A stretch of 64,000 nt of DNA from NCBI RefSeq assembly GCF_963921235.1, contig NC_086097.1, positions 197,348,001-197,412,000 of the forward strand, written 5' to 3'. Position numbers and translations under genes: made by a program. Origin of the DNA: Mobula hypostoma. Its lineage: Eukaryota. Below, piece after piece: positions 1-12,290 of this stretch. Under the pieces are notes generated by a model that searched no databases, was not told the DNA's origin, and worked only from the letters and a program-made list of their open reading frames with translations. Position 1 is the first letter of the stretch, and each line of letters begins with the position of its first letter.

Positions 1-390
1 CTGTTGAAGCAGTGCTGCCAGGATAATCAAGGACACAACCCACCCAGCCAACACACTTTTCATCCCTCTTCCCTCTGGGAGAAGGCTCAGGAGCTTGAAG
101 ACTTGTACAGCCAGATTTGGGAACAGCTTCTTTCCAACTGTGATAAGACTGCTGAACGGATCCTGACCCGGATCTGGGCTGTACCCTCCAAATATCCGGA
201 CCTGCATCTCGATTTTTTTGCACTACCTTACTTTCCATTTTTCTATTTTCTATTTATGATTTATAATTTAAATTTTAAAATATTTACTATCAATTTGTAC
301 TCCAGGGAGCGGGAAGCGCAGAATCAAATATCACTGTGATGATTGTACGTTCTAGTATCAATTGTTTGGCGACAATAAAGTAAAGTAAAA
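1..390 (+). mobile_element. 3' end of an L2/Rex1-type LINE
   Basis: Degenerate C-terminal RT-like sequence ('...aacagcttctttcca...'), AATAAA and a (GTAAA)n tail at ~374-390. Confidence 0.6.
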
Positions 391-2378
391 GTGGAGAGGC
401 AGTGGCATTTCTCATCAGGTTTAATAGCATAGCTGCAGAAAGAGAGGATGTCATGAAGGCATCTGTGGGTGGAAATCAGAAACCGGAAGGGGGCAATCAC
501 CCTATTGTAAATTTTCTATAGAAACCCCACCCCACCCCACCCCAGTAGCAACAGAGACACTGAGGAACAGAGTGGGAGGAAGATTTTGGAAAGGTGAAAA
601 AAATTATAGGGTGGTTGTGAGTTATTTCAATTTCAATTTCCTGAATATTGATTGACACCCCCTTAGTGCAAAAGTTTTTAGATGGTGCAGAATTTGTTAG
701 GAGTGTCCAGGAAGGATTCCTGACACAACATGCAGACAGGCCAACTGGATGAGAGGCCATACTGGTGCGAGGCAATGAACCAGGTTAGGTGTCATATTTC
801 TTGGTGGGTGAGCATTTCGGAGACAATGACCACTATTCCCTGGCCTTGGAGATTAGTAGGTAGGAGACAGTATTTAATTGGGGGAGGGGAATTGTGATAC
901 TATTAGTTAAGAACTTGAGGGTATAAATTGGGGACAGATGTACTTGGGAAATACACAAAGGAAATGTGAATGTTGTTTAAGAGTTCCGGATAGAGTTGTC
1001 CAATTGCCCCAACAAAGGATTGTGGGGTGCATGACCATGGTTGCCAAAAGATTAAAGCATCTAGCCACGAGGAAGCAAGGATCAGACAGGGCTCCAGAGA
1101 GTTGAAAGGTATCCAGGGAAGTAGCTGAAGTATAGTATTAGGAGAGCTTGACTGGGGCATGAGAAGGCCTTCGTGAATGAAATTAAGGAAACCCCCCAAA
1201 GTGTCTTACATATATGTGAAGAACAGCAGGATGACAAGAGTGAGCGTATGACTAATCAGGGATAGAAGAGCGAACATGTGCCTGGATCTGGAGGAGTTGG
1301 GGGAAGTTATTAATGAATATTTTGTTTCAGTATTCACCATTGAGGAGGACTTCAACATTTGAGAGGACAGCAAAATGGAAACTAATATGCTTAACATGAT
1401 GATGGTAAGAAAGAGAATGTACTGGAACTTTTGAAAAGCATTAGCATAGGTAAGTCTGGGTAGCCTCCAACCTGATGGCATGAACATTGACTTCTCTAAC
1501 TTCCGTTAATTCCCCATCTCCCCTTCGTACCCCATCCCTTATTTATTTATTATTTTTTTCTTTCCCCCTTTTTTCTCTATTTTTTTGTCCCTCTGCTCTC
1601 TCACTATAACTCCTTGCCTGTCCTCTGGGACCCCCCCACCTTTTCTTCCTCCCTAGGCCTCCCGTCCCATGATCCTCTCCCTTCTCCAGCCTCGTATCCC
1701 TTTTGCCAATCAACTTTCTAGCTCTTAGCTCCATCCCTCCCCCTCCTGTCTTCTCCTCTCATTTCGGATCTCCCCCTCCCTCTCCCACTTTCAAATCTCT
1801 TATTATTTCTTCTTTCAGTTAGTTCTGACGAAGGGTCTCGGCCTGAAGCGTCGACTGTACCTCTTCCTATAGATGCTGCCTGGCCTGCTGCCTTCATCAG
1901 CATTTTTTGTGTGTGTTGGGAGCATAGATAAGTCTCCAGAACAGGATGGGAAATATCCCAAATTAATATGGCAAATGAGGGAAAAGGCTGTTGCGGTTTT
2001 GATCTCCTCACTGACCACAGGAGTAGTACCAGATGATTGGAGGGTGGCAAATGTTATTCCTTTGTTCAAGAAGGGGAGTAGAGATCACCCTGGGAATGAT
2101 AGACCATTGAGTCTTACTTGAGAGTTGGGCAAATCATTGGAGAAGTTTCTTAGAGACACTTTTTAGAGAAGCATGGTCTGATTAGGGATGGTCAATGTGA
2201 CTTACTGTAGCATAGGTTATGTTTCATGAGACTGATTGAATTCTTTGAAAATGTGACAAAGCATTTTGAAGAATATGATGTATATGGATTTTAGTAAGCC
2301 ACCGGATAAAGTTCCCTGTGGTAAGGTCATTCAGAACATTAGGAGGCATGTGATTCAGGGAAACGTGGCTGTGTGGAT
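391..2378 (+). mobile_element. Degenerate CR1 LINE ORF2 fragment, interrupted by a PLE fragment
   Basis: Peptide 'VVPDDWRVANVIPLFKKGSRDHPGN' (ORF 1873..2121); matches the other CR1 copies in the window. Confidence 0.8.
1458..1920 (+). mobile_element. 5'-truncated Penelope-like element: ORF end, pyrimidine tract, mutated hammerhead
   Basis: Closely similar to 59580-60020. Flanked by a ~15-bp TSD, AGCATAG(G/A)TAAGTCT, at 1443-1457 and 1921-1935. Confidence 0.85.
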
Positions 2379-2505
2379 TCAGAGCAACACAAACAAAATG
2401 CTGGAGGAGTTCAGGTTAGCTAACATCTCCGGAAATGGATAAACAGTTGATGTTTCAGGACAAACCTCTTCGTTGTGATGCCTGACCTGCTGAGTTCCTC
2501 CAGTA

Positions 2506-5500
2506 TTGTGGTCGCCAACCAGTCGACCGGTCAATCTTTGAGACTTTCCCAGTAGATCCTGAAAAAAGATTGAAAAGTAAATACACAAATACGTTATGCC
2601 TGATAAACCTTTTGATGCAAAAGCAAATTTTACCCATAGAGCGCATATGTGAGTTGTTTCTAATCCACACTTAGTTGCTTTCCCTGGTTATTGTGTTCCA
2701 CTTTTCCACTGCCCAGTGTCATGCGTCACATGTGTGCTGACATCATGTGAGTATTGCCGCTGTCTGTCAAATTTCCATGGAGCGTGGGAGAGTTTCGTTT
2801 ATCTTAAACATAAACGAACAAATGAGCAAACTGTCCAATGGCAAAAGAAAACAACACGTGTGGGTAAAAATGACTCAATTATGCATTCATGACTTAACTA
2901 AAATTTGATCAACTTTAATCGGTTTTGACTCTATTATGCTGCTATTTATATTACGTCAGTTATGCAAAAGTTTGATCAGTTGTACTGCTCTTCCTTTCGA
3001 ATTTTTTGCCTTTGATAGCGTGAATTCATGTTTAGCATTTCGGATAGTGTGCTAGTAGTTAGCATTAATTTTAGTTTTTACTGAAAAGTTAGCGCCTCTC
3101 TCTCTCTTGATTTAGCTGGTGTATTTTTTTCAGCGTAGCTTGTGCTACTTCAAAGTGACCAATTAGATTAGATAAGGGTACAGGCTGTCGCAAACATCAA
3201 TATACGACACTTGCTGGTGAGATCCTGCAAGGCAGCTAGCATGGTGGAGGCTCCACGAAAGAAGGTGAAAACGTACAAATTCCATCCAGAATGGGAAGAG
3301 GAATTAAAGTCATACTTTTCTGCAATCATTGTCAATTACAGTGAAAATCTCATGCAGTTGCTCCAGTTCCTGGATGACTTCACTTTCGGTCCGTTTGCTA
3401 CTGCATTCAGTTTGGATTGTTATTCTTTCCTCTTCCAATTGCATCAGCTCTTCATCTATCAGTTCTTGGTCATGGGATGCCAAAACCTCTTCAACATCAT
3501 CTTTATCAACTTCCACAAGCCAAACTCATTTTATCCTTACTTTGTTCACCACGATCAAAACGCTTAATTATGTCGGGTTTTACGCTAAGTGTAACACCCT
3601 TACGAGCTCTTTTAGCCTTTTCCGATACCTTAGAACTTATCTTGCTAACGGATGCTCAAAATAAATCGACATAAAGCACAGATGCTCACAGGCACGTGTT
3701 TAAGCAATGCTGGCTAGAATGCAGTTCCAGTGGAGGAGCTTGGCTGCTCGGGGCGTGCGCTGCCTTTTTTCACACGTGGCCTTTTTTCGCGCGCTGCCTT
3801 TTTTCACAGGCTGCCTTTTCTCGTAACAGTGAAAACACCTTCTGTTAGCGAAAATAGGTAACTAATGTTGGTCTTTCATAACAGTGAGGTGTCGTAAAGC
3901 GAACGTTCGAAAAGCGGGGGACACCTGTACGTAATATAACGCTTGGCCCTGCAACAGTGACAAGGAGGGTGGAGTTACTGTCAGAGGACGTGGATCGACA
4001 AGTCTTAAAGGACTTGTCACTGTGAATATTTTTCACTGCAGTTGGATGAATCCCTGGATATAATGCATACAGCTTAGCTTGTATTTGTCGGAATAGCTTT
4101 CCAGGATTGTACAACAAAGGAGGACTTCCTCACTCTTTTGCACTTAAGGGAGAGAACGAGAAGTGAGGATATTTACAATGAGTTTAAAAAAATATGTCCA
4201 TGAAAATGACATCCCGGTTTATAACCTGGTGGCAATTACTACTGATGGGGCCCCAGCAATGCGTGGTGTGTGTATTGGTTTTATAGCAGTGTGCTGTAAT
4301 GACCCTGATTTTCCTGACTTCCTGAATTATCACTGTATGATTCATCAGCAGGCCTTGGATGGGAAGGTCGTGGGCTTTTCTCATGTAATGACACTGGTAG
4401 TCAAACTGATAAACTTGATTCGAGCAAAGGCACTTCAGCACTGCTTATTCAAGGCGTTATTGGATGAGCTTGATGCCGCTTATGGAGACATAATACTTCA
4501 TGCTGACGTTCGGTGGTTGAGTCGCGGCAAATTGCTGCAACGACTTGTTGATTTGCTGCCTGAGATAAAGACTTTTCTGTCGACAAGAAACGAGGAGCAT
4601 GAGGAACTGGCAGATGATGCGTGGCTACTGTATTTAGGGTTTCTGACAGATCTAACAGCTAAATTAAATGCACTTAACAAGGAGCTCATGGGGAAAGACT
4701 GACACCTGCCCCACAGGATAAGCGCAGTAAATGCGTAAGGCCAAGCTCGGTATTTGGATTTCAAATTTAAAGAACAGGAGGCTGACACACTTTCCCAACT
4801 TGGGGAAAATGTTACAGGGCATCGAGGAAAAAAATGCTTTTTGCCCTGAATATTACTGTGCTTACCTAGACAAACTGGCAATAGAGTTCGATTGGCTTTT
4901 TGGGGAGTGAAACATCATGAAAGGTACTGCTGCATTTATTTCAAACCCATTTCTGCCGATCGATATAGAACAGATAGCAGCCAAATTCTAGAAAGTATTT
5001 GGTGTGCCAAGTGATACTGAAGTGGAAATAATTGATTTGCAAATGACATTGAGCTTAAAGCAAGATCAAGGGACGGTGACTTTTGGGGGCTTGCCAGCAG
5101 GGAGAAATTTCCTCATCTCACCACGTGCACGAAAGGTCAGTGCCTACTTCAGGTCAACTTATCTGTGTGAAATTGCATTTTCACAGATGAAAATTATTAA
5201 ATCTAAGTACAGGAGCTGTCTTACTGACAGACATCTCACAGACTGTCTCAGACTGGCTGTCTGTAGTTATGAGCCAAGTTTCGGGGAACTAGCAGAAAGT
5301 ATTCAGCCCTAGTCATCACACTGAGTGCAACAGTCAATTTTTATTCATTTATTTTTCATGTTGAAATAAAATTAAATAATGAAATTTAAAATTAAAGGTA
5401 TTCTTAAAGAAAGATGGCTATGGCCTGTTTGATATGCTAGTTACAGTGTTTTCTTGGTTGAATTAATTTGAAAGTTTGACAAAAGCATTTTATGTAATTC

Positions 5501-5644
5501 AAATACAAGTAGCCTGAATAAAAGGCCTCAAGTTGGAAGTACAATCTGAGCTGTTTTTCTCTCTAAACGATTTAGTAGGTCGATCTTGCCTTTCACTAAG
5601 GCTGAGGTAGGGGATCTTGGGCTTAAAAAGGTTGGTGACTACTA
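2506..5644 (+). mobile_element. hAT (Charlie/GTF2IRD2-like) DNA transposon with decayed transposase
   Basis: 8-bp TSD CTCCAGTA at 2498-2505 and 5645-5652; imperfect TIRs TTGTGGTCGCCAACC / GGTTGGTGACTACTA; motifs 'TTDGAPAM', 'HCMIHQ', 'VRWLSRG', 'STYLCEIAFSQMKIIKSKYRS'. Confidence 0.9.
3310..3927 (-). mobile_element. Tigger/pogo non-autonomous fragment nested in the hAT element
   Basis: Terminus CAGGTGTCCCCCGC on the minus strand next to TA (3928-3929); acidic Tigger-like peptide 'DVEEVLASHDQELIDEELMQLEE'. Confidence 0.7.
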
Positions 5645-5652
5645 CTCCAGTA

Positions 5653-7075
5653 TTTTCTATTGCTTGGATTTTCAGCATCTGCAAAGTTTCTCATCATTGT
5701 GCTTTTACTACTACTGCCAACTGTCTTCCAGAGATGCCCACCTTGAAAAAGTTCAAATCTTCCCTTCAGTGGGAGTTCAGTGAAACCCTCTCTCACTGCT
5801 CCCCCGATGAGATCTCTGCTGCCCTCCAACTCTTTGACCATGTGCTTACTGAAACCTGCTATCACAGCCATGTATCCTTCCTGGGAATATGTTTTTGCCA
5901 CCATCTCAATCCACATGGCTTCCAGATCAGTTTTCAAGCTTCTCGATTTGGGCCCTCTGATGACTCCAGGTACGCGCATTCAATCGACTGTTGCTCCTGC
6001 CATGTTCTGTGTGCCACGCTTTCTGCCATGAGGAGGTACCTGGAAACCCTAGCCCAACTGCTTCCACAACTCCAGAATTCTCTCTCCGCTGCTTGTAATG
6101 GGCCTGTCTGATACTTTATCCTCTGTCGAATCCATGCTTTCAATTGCTGGTTCATCACTTTTCTCACATACAGCAAGGATCAGAAGATTGCCCGTCTACA
6201 GACTATAGAACTTGCCGTCTCCAGTGCTGGCAGACACAGATATTCCCAGACCACAATCCCTGCTGCTGACCTCAGGTCGCACTGTCAGCCCTTGGGTCCT
6301 TGGAGACTCCATCTTCCTACTCCCCCACCTTCCCTGAAAATCCCAACCCTTCCCTCTCCTCAGACACTAGCAACCCTCGACCCACCCCTCCTGATCCCGT
6401 CTCTCATTTGTGCTGGATCTTTGCTATTCCCTCTGACCTTCCCCCTTTCTGAGGCAGAACATTCTGTCCTGATTAAGGGTCTCACCTTTGTACGTCTGTG
6501 CCCACCATGCTGTGCTCTTCTTCTGCAGCCTCTGTCTCTTACTTCTTTGCATGGACTCTCCAGCCCGCATCGATGACACCCCGCCCCCCACTGACTTCTA
6601 CCATCTTCAACCCTTCTCCTCTTCTAGGACACCCCACTTTGGTCATCTTCATGCTCTGGATCTTTCCATTGCCAATTGCCGACAAGACATTAACCGTCTC
6701 GACTTTACCACTTCTTTCTCTAATTCTAACCTCACTCCTTCCAAACACATTGCTCTTCACTCTCTCTGCACTAATCCTAATCTCACTATCAAACCTGCTG
6801 ATAAGGGTGGTGGTATAGTAGTTTGGTGGACTGACCTCCACCTTGCTGAAGCCAGGCAACAATTCGCAAATATCTCCTCTTACTTATCCCTCAAACAGGA
6901 CCCCAGTTGGTAGCACCAGGCCATTGTCACAAGCACCATCAATGACCTTATTAACTCTGAGGATTTCCCATCCATTGCCCGCAAACTCACACCTCCCGTT
7001 TCTACCTTCTACCCAAGAACCATAACCCTGCCTGTACAGGTAGACTCATGTTTCTGCTTGGCCTGCCCCACCAAA
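5653..7075 (+). mobile_element. Older, decayed PLE 5' half; its upstream terminal repeat continues at 2378-2505 across the hAT insertion
   Basis: 'MPTLKKFKSSLQWEFSETLSHCSP' and 'NPNLTIKPADKGG' are homologous to the intact PLE ORF at 56590. Confidence 0.85.
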
Positions 7076-7085
7076 TATGTGTATC

Positions 7086-7897
7086 TGCATACACGAGGAA
7101 ATCTGCAGATGCTGGAAATTCAAGCCACACACATCAAAGTTGCTGGTGAACGCAGCAGGCCAGGCAGCATCTCTAGGAAGAGGTACAGTCGATGTTTCGG
7201 GCTGAGACCCTTTGTCAGGACTAACTGAAAGAAGAGCTAGTAAGAGATTTGAAAGTTGGAGGAGGAGGGGGAGATCCAAAATGATAGGAAAAGACAGGAG
7301 GGGGAGGGATGGAGCCAAGAGCTGGACAGTTGATTGGCAAAAGGGATATGAGAGGATCATGGGACAGGAGGCCCAGGGAGATGGAAAGGTGGGGGGGGAA
7401 CCCAGAGGATGGGCAAGGGGTATAGTGAGAGGGACAGAGGGGGAAAAAAAGGAGAGAGAGAAAAAATGTGTGTATATAAATAACAGATGGGGTACGAGGG
7501 GGACGTGAGGCATTAGCGGAAGTTAGAGAAGTCAATGTTCATGCCATCAGGTTGGAGGCTACCCAGACGGAATATAAGGTGTTGATCCTCCAACCTGAGT
7601 GTGGCTTCATCTTTACAGTAGAGGAGGCCGTGGATAGACATATCAGAATGGGAATGGGATGTGGAATTAAAATGTGTGGCCACTGGGAGATCCTGCTTTC
7701 TTTGGCGGACAGAGCGTGGGTGTTCAGTGAAACGAACTCCCAGTCTGGGTCGGGTCTCGCCAATATATAGAAGGCCACATCGGGAGCACAGGACGCAGTT
7801 TATCACCCCAGCCGACTCACAGGTGAAGTGTCGCCTCACCTGGAAGGACTGTCTGGGGCCCTGAATGGTGGTAAGGGAGGAAGTGTAAGGGCATGTG
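7086..7897 (-). mobile_element. Young 5'-truncated PLE: GIY-YIG domain plus 3' terminal region
   Basis: ORF 7513..7929 is nearly identical to the C-terminus of the 56590 ORF ('CSRCGLLYIGET...LGSLQPDGMNIDFSNFR'). Confidence 0.9.
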
Positions 7898-8259
7898 GTG
7901 AAGCCTTGTGCAGGCAAGTGTGTGCGCATGCGTGTATGTGCCGATTTTTTTTTTTCTACGAATTGTTTTTGGCTAAATCTTCCCGATTCTTATAAGTGAA
8001 ACTACACTGTACGTACATTATTTCTACTTTATGTAGGCTGTGTATTTATCTTATCATATTCCTGCTTTTACTATATGTTAGTGTTATTTTAGGTTTTATG
8101 TGTTATTTGGTATGATTTGGTAGGTTATTTTTTGGGTCTGGGAATGCTCAAAAATTTTTCCCATATAAATTAATGGTAATTGCTTCTTTGCTTTATGCCA
8201 TTTCGGCTTACAAAAGCTTTCATAGAAATGCACTACTTTTGGATAGCAGGGGAAACCTG
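7898..8259 (+). mobile_element. Tigger-like 3' terminal fragment
   Basis: Ends in GGGGAAACCTG followed by TA, resembling the terminus at 3927. Confidence 0.55.
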
Positions 8260-8261
8260 TA

Positions 8262-9272
8262 AAGGGATCCTATTCTGGCTGGCTGCAAGTTACCAGTGGA
8301 GTTCCACAGGGGTTGGTGTTTGGACTGCTGCTTTTTACGATGTATGTCAGTGATTTGGACAGTGGGATTATGGGATTTGTGGCTAAATTTGCTGATGATA
8401 CAAAGATAGGTGGAGGAGCAGGTAGTTCTGAGGGAACAGAGAGACTTACATAGTTTAGGGGAATGGGCAAAGAAGTGGCAAATAAAATACAATGTTGGAA
8501 AGTGTATGGTTATGCACTTTGGTGGAAGAAATAAATAGGCAGACTATTATTTAGATGGGGAGAGATTTCAAAATGCAGAGTTGCAAAGGGACTTGGGAGT
8601 CCTTGTGCAGGATACCCTAAAGGTTAACTTCCAGGTTGAATCGGTGGTGAAGAAGGCGAATGCAATGTTGGCATTCATTTCTAGAGGTATAGAATAAAAG
8701 AGCAGGGATGTGATGTTGAGGCTCCATAAGGCACTGGTGAGACCATACTTGAAGTATTGTGTGCAGTTTTAGGCTCCTTATTTTAGAAAGGATACACTGA
8801 CATTGGAGAGGGTTCAGAGGAGATTCACGAGAATGATTCCAGGCATGTCTGGCAGCTCTTGGGCTGTATTCCCTGCAGTTCAGGAGAATGAGGGGGCATC
8901 TCATTGAAACATTCCGAATGTTAAAGGCTTGATCAGATTAGATATGGCAAATATACCATGGTAGGGGAGTCTAGGACATGAGGGCACGACTTCAGGATTG
9001 AAAGATATCAATGTAGAACAGAGATACGGAGAAATTGCTTTAGTCAGAGGGCAGTAAATCTGTGGAATTTGTGGCCACGAGTGGCTGTGGAGACAAGTCA
9101 TTGGCTGTATTTAAAGCAGAGATAGATAGGTTCTTGATTAATCAGGGCATCAAAGGGTGTGGGGAGAAATGGAATTGGGGATGACTGGAATAATTGGATC
9201 AGTGCATGATTGAATGGCAGAGCAGACTCGATGGGCTGAATGGCCTACTTCTCCTATATCTCATGGTCTTGT
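8262..9272 (+). mobile_element. 5'-truncated CR1 LINE
   Basis: Decayed GVPQG and KFADD motifs plus a CR1 3' UTR; similar to 17352-18450 in reverse complement. Confidence 0.85.
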
Positions 9273-9375
9273 GGCTGCAGAGATCAGAGAGTTTCACTGA
9301 ACTCCGGTCAAAGGCAAGATTTAAAGTACAGGGTGGTCAACCCTGGAAGAGACTTCATAATGTAGTAATCCAATC

Positions 9376-11070
9376 ACAAAAGGAGAGAAAAATCTGCAGA
9401 TGCTAGAAATCCAAGCTCCACACACACAAAATGCTGGAGGAACTCAGCAGGCCAGGCAGCATCAATGGAGAAGAGCCCTGCCAAAGGGTCTTGGCCTGAA
9501 ATGTCGACTTTACTCATTGCCATAGATGCTGCCTGGCCTGCTGAGTGTCTTCGGTATTTTGTGTGTGTTATCGGCATCATTCCCCAACTCTTTCTATGCT
9601 GCATCAACAACTGCATTGGTGCTGCTTCCTGCACCCATGCTGAGCTCATCGACTTCAACTTTGCCTCTAACTTCCACCACGTCCTAAAATTTACCTGGTT
9701 TATTTCTGACACCTCCTTCCCCTTTCTAGATCTCTCTGTCTCAATCTCTGGAGACAATTTATCTGGTCTATTTACAAGCCCATTGATTCTCACAGCTCCC
9801 TGGTCTATACTTCTTCCCACTCTGTCACTTGAAAACTGCCATCCCATTCTCTCAGTTCCACCATCTTAGCCTCGTCTGCTCTTAGGATGAGGCTTTTCAT
9901 TTCAGAACAAATGAAAAGTCTTCTTTCTTCAAAGAAAAGACTTTTCCTTCCTCTACCATCAATGCTGCCCTCACCCATATCTCTTCCATTTCACGCACAT
10001 CTGCCCTCACCCTTCCTCCCGTCACTGCACAGGGATAGGGTTCCTCACTACCACCCAGTAGCCTCTGCATCAGTGATTCTTGGTAACGTACGCCATTTCC
10101 AATGGGATTCCACCACCAAGTTTCTCTCCCCTCCGCCCTCCCCCCCAACTTTCTGCTTTCTGCAGGGATTGCTCCCTGCACAACTCTCTTATCCATGCAC
10201 AACTCTCTTATCCATGCAATTGAACTTGAACTTAACAAGATGTCTCTATTCCTGGCAACATGCCTACAAATCTGCTCTGTACCCACTTTGATGTTATATC
10301 CTTCCGATAATATGATCTGCACAATGTACAGTAGATGTGCGTAATCTGAAACCGTCATAAAAATGTCACATCTGTCCCTACACCACCTTCCTCATGGCCA
10401 TTCAGGGCCCCAAACAGTTCTTCCAAGTGAGATGGCATTTCACCTGTGAGTCTGTTGTATCTACAGTATCCGGAGCTCCTGTTGTGGCCTCCTGTATATC
10501 GGTGAGACCTAACTTAGATTTTGTGAGCACTTTGCCATAAAACTATGCTCTGTCCGCCAGAAAAAATCTGATCTCCTGATGGCCACCCACTTCAATTCTA
10601 CTTCTTATTCTCATTTCGACATGTCAGTCCACGGCCTCCTCTACTGTCGCAATGAGGCCGCAGTCAGGTTGGAGGAGCAGGACCTTAGATTCCATCTGGG
10701 TAGCCTCTAACCTGAAGGCCTGTACATCGATTTCTCAAACTTGTGGTAATTGCTCCCCCCCCCCCCACTTCATCATTCCCCATTCCTGTTTCCCCCTCTG
10801 ACCTAACTCCTTTCCTCTGGTGCTCCTACCCCTTCCCCTACTTCCATGGTTGTCTGTCCTCTCCAGTGAGGTCCCCGTTTCTCCAGTCTCCTTTATCTCT
10901 TTTACCCAGCCCTTTATGCCATTCCTCACCCTCTCCTGGTTTCATGTATTATCCACCACCTTGTACTACTTCCTCTCCTTTCCTCCTCACCTTCTTGATC
11001 TAACTTCTCATCTTTTTTTTCCACGGATGCTGCCTGGCCTGCTGAATTCCCCCAGCATTTTCTGTGTGTA
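9376..11070 (+). mobile_element. Decayed PLE 3' half preceded by inverted terminal repeats (9376-9466 minus, 9476-9570 plus)
   Basis: 'INNCIGAASCTHAELIDFNFASNFHH...FLD' is homologous to the PLE RT; GIY-YIG remnant at ~10380-10740. Confidence 0.8.
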
Positions 11071-12290
11071 ACTTGGAGCATTGTGTTCAGTCTGGTTGCC
11101 TCATTATAGGAAGGATGTGGAAGCTTTAGAGAGGGTATAAAGGAGACTTACCATGAAGCTGCTTTGAGTAGAGAGCATGCCTCATGAAGTAGGTTGAGCA
11201 AGCTAGGGCTTTTCTCTTTGGAGTGAAGGAGGATGAGAGGTAACTTGAGAGAGGTGTAAAGGATAACAGACATAGATCAAGTGAATAGCTAGGCACTACT
11301 TTTCCCAGGATAGAGATGGCTTTCATGAAGATATATAGTGTTAAGGTGATTGGAGGAAAATATAGGGGGGTGGATGTCAGAAGTTTTTTTTAATGGTGTC
11401 ATGGGAGCATGGAATGAATTAAGATGGTGTCGGTGGAACACAAAACTACTAACTACTCTATTAATCACCCTTTTCTGATAAAAGATCACTGAAGTCAATA
11501 GCCTATAATTTCCCTTACGGAGTTGAGCTTTTGTACCGACTGTATGACCTGGCATATTTTGTGGTGTGAATTGAAGTCTCAAAGGTGCAGGATGTTTGCG
11601 CTATGGTGTGAATGGGCTGAATCTTCTTGGTGGCAGGACCTGAGAGTGAGGAATGGGTCATATTTGGCCTTTCCTCAAGTGGACTTGGAGTAAATTTAAA
11701 GCATCAGAACCGAGGTGCAGCAGACATGGGGCGGCATGGCCCAGGCCTGAGAGTAAGGTACAAGCTATATTTAACTGATATAAGCGCCAGGCAAGATTGG
11801 AAAGGTCAGGGTGTTGGGGCTGGAGGCAAACGACAGGCTGGTGTTCAGTTAGCTACTCTAAGGTTTCTTCATCTCTGTGCTGAACTGAGGCTGTGGTCTG
11901 CTGTGAACTCACTTTCATGAACTTTAGTTCTGAATGTTATTTGTTTACTTTTTGTTATTTGCACGATTTTTCTTGCATGTTGTGTGTTTGACCGCTTTTT
12001 AAAATGGTTTCTATTGGGTTTCTTTGTTTTGTGGTTGCCTGTGAGGCGATAAATCTCAAGGTTGTATATAGTATACATACTTTAATAATAAATGTTTTTC
12101 GAATGCCCTACAAGGGGTGGTGGTAGAGGTAGAAACATTAGGGACATTTAAGAAATGCTTACATTGGCAGATGGATGATGGAAAAATGACAGGATATTTA
12201 GGAGGAAGGGGTTAGATTGATCTAAAATTAGTTAAAAAAAATCAGTACAGCATGTGGATCAAAAGGTCTGCACTGTGATGTTGTGATCTT
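11071..12290 (+). mobile_element. CR1 3' fragment split by a non-autonomous retroposon (~11530-12100)
   Basis: CR1 'tgtgttcagtctggttgcctcattataggaagg' at ~11080 resumes at ~12110; the inner element ends in an AT-rich tail. Confidence 0.5.
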
